In this document: in pieces, positions 63,538 to 64,000 of the stretch
Numbering within the stretch: position 1 is the first letter of the stretch
How the letters are laid out: each line of letters starts with the position of its first letter
NCBI GenBank assembly: GCA_002269645.1
Contig: NIVC01003772.1
Span: 67,627-131,626, forward strand
Source of the DNA: Macrostomum lignano
Lineage: Eukaryota
Length of the DNA: 64,000 nt
Direction: 5' to 3'
Notes under the pieces: model-generated
What the model saw: only the letters and a program-made list of their open reading frames with translations
The model's database searches: none
What the model was told of the DNA's origin: nothing
Made by a program: the position numbers and the translations under genes

Positions 63538-64000
63538 TAGTATAGTAGCATGCAGATTTGTTAAGTGCTATGATTTGCATTGTTCACTGGGCCTAATTAT
63601 TTGTGTTTGGTATGCATAGCCTAAATAAAAAAATTGTTCCAAAGACGAAGTAGTAATTATGTATGTTTGAACTAATAAAAGTCCATTTACTGCAGACCGC
63701 AAAATTCTAGGACCCATATCCAATTTGTCTGCAAGAAAAAGTTGTTTTGTCTGCCAGTAGACAAAAAAGCAACAGATGAAATAATCTGCACACCTCAAAA
63801 TTATTAAGGGTCTTGGAAGTAGAGGGAGTGATTGACTGTCACTCTATCAAATAGTTGGCCAAAGTGTTGTATATAGGCCTATGATACCCATGCTAAAATG
63901 CATTTTACATGTAAAAACAAACTAGAATGAGAAACTATGAAAGAGATTGCCTTATGGCTCATATAACAATACAATATTATTAAATAGGCCCTATATATAA

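Overview
Eukaryotic (metazoan) genomic DNA with six spliced, conserved protein-coding genes: IFT81 (-, 3' part runs off the window), SNRK (+), GCN1 (+, 22 exons), NT5C2 (-), an AEN/ISG20L2-like DEDDh exonuclease (-) and ERCC1 (-), plus a decayed ORF near 60-61 kb. Very short AT-rich introns alternate with introns filled by 18-33 bp minisatellites or (CTGT)n; this style resembles Macrostomum-type flatworm genomes (inference, not verified). Most long ORFs in the supplied track are tandem-repeat translation artefacts. Main points: (1) 20 of 21 GCN1 introns carry a tandem array, and several arrays show how they arose (from the splice donor itself, from a tRNA-SINE 5' end/A-box, or as an insertion between 32-bp direct repeats that duplicate an exon end and donor); (2) all six start codons have an AG acceptor-like site 3-7 nt upstream, and ERCC1-AEN-like-NT5C2 are packed like an SL-trans-spliced operon; (3) an in-frame TAG interrupts NT5C2 and a 1-nt frameshift interrupts GCN1; (4) there are three families of TIR elements with perfect 8-bp TSDs, one of them 4.4 kb with ~295-bp TIRs; (5) a solo-LTR-like insert with AP-1/CRE/CCAAT/TATA sites and a GTAAGT donor lies in GCN1 intron 3. 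All alignments were done by eye against remembered orthologues; no searches were run.
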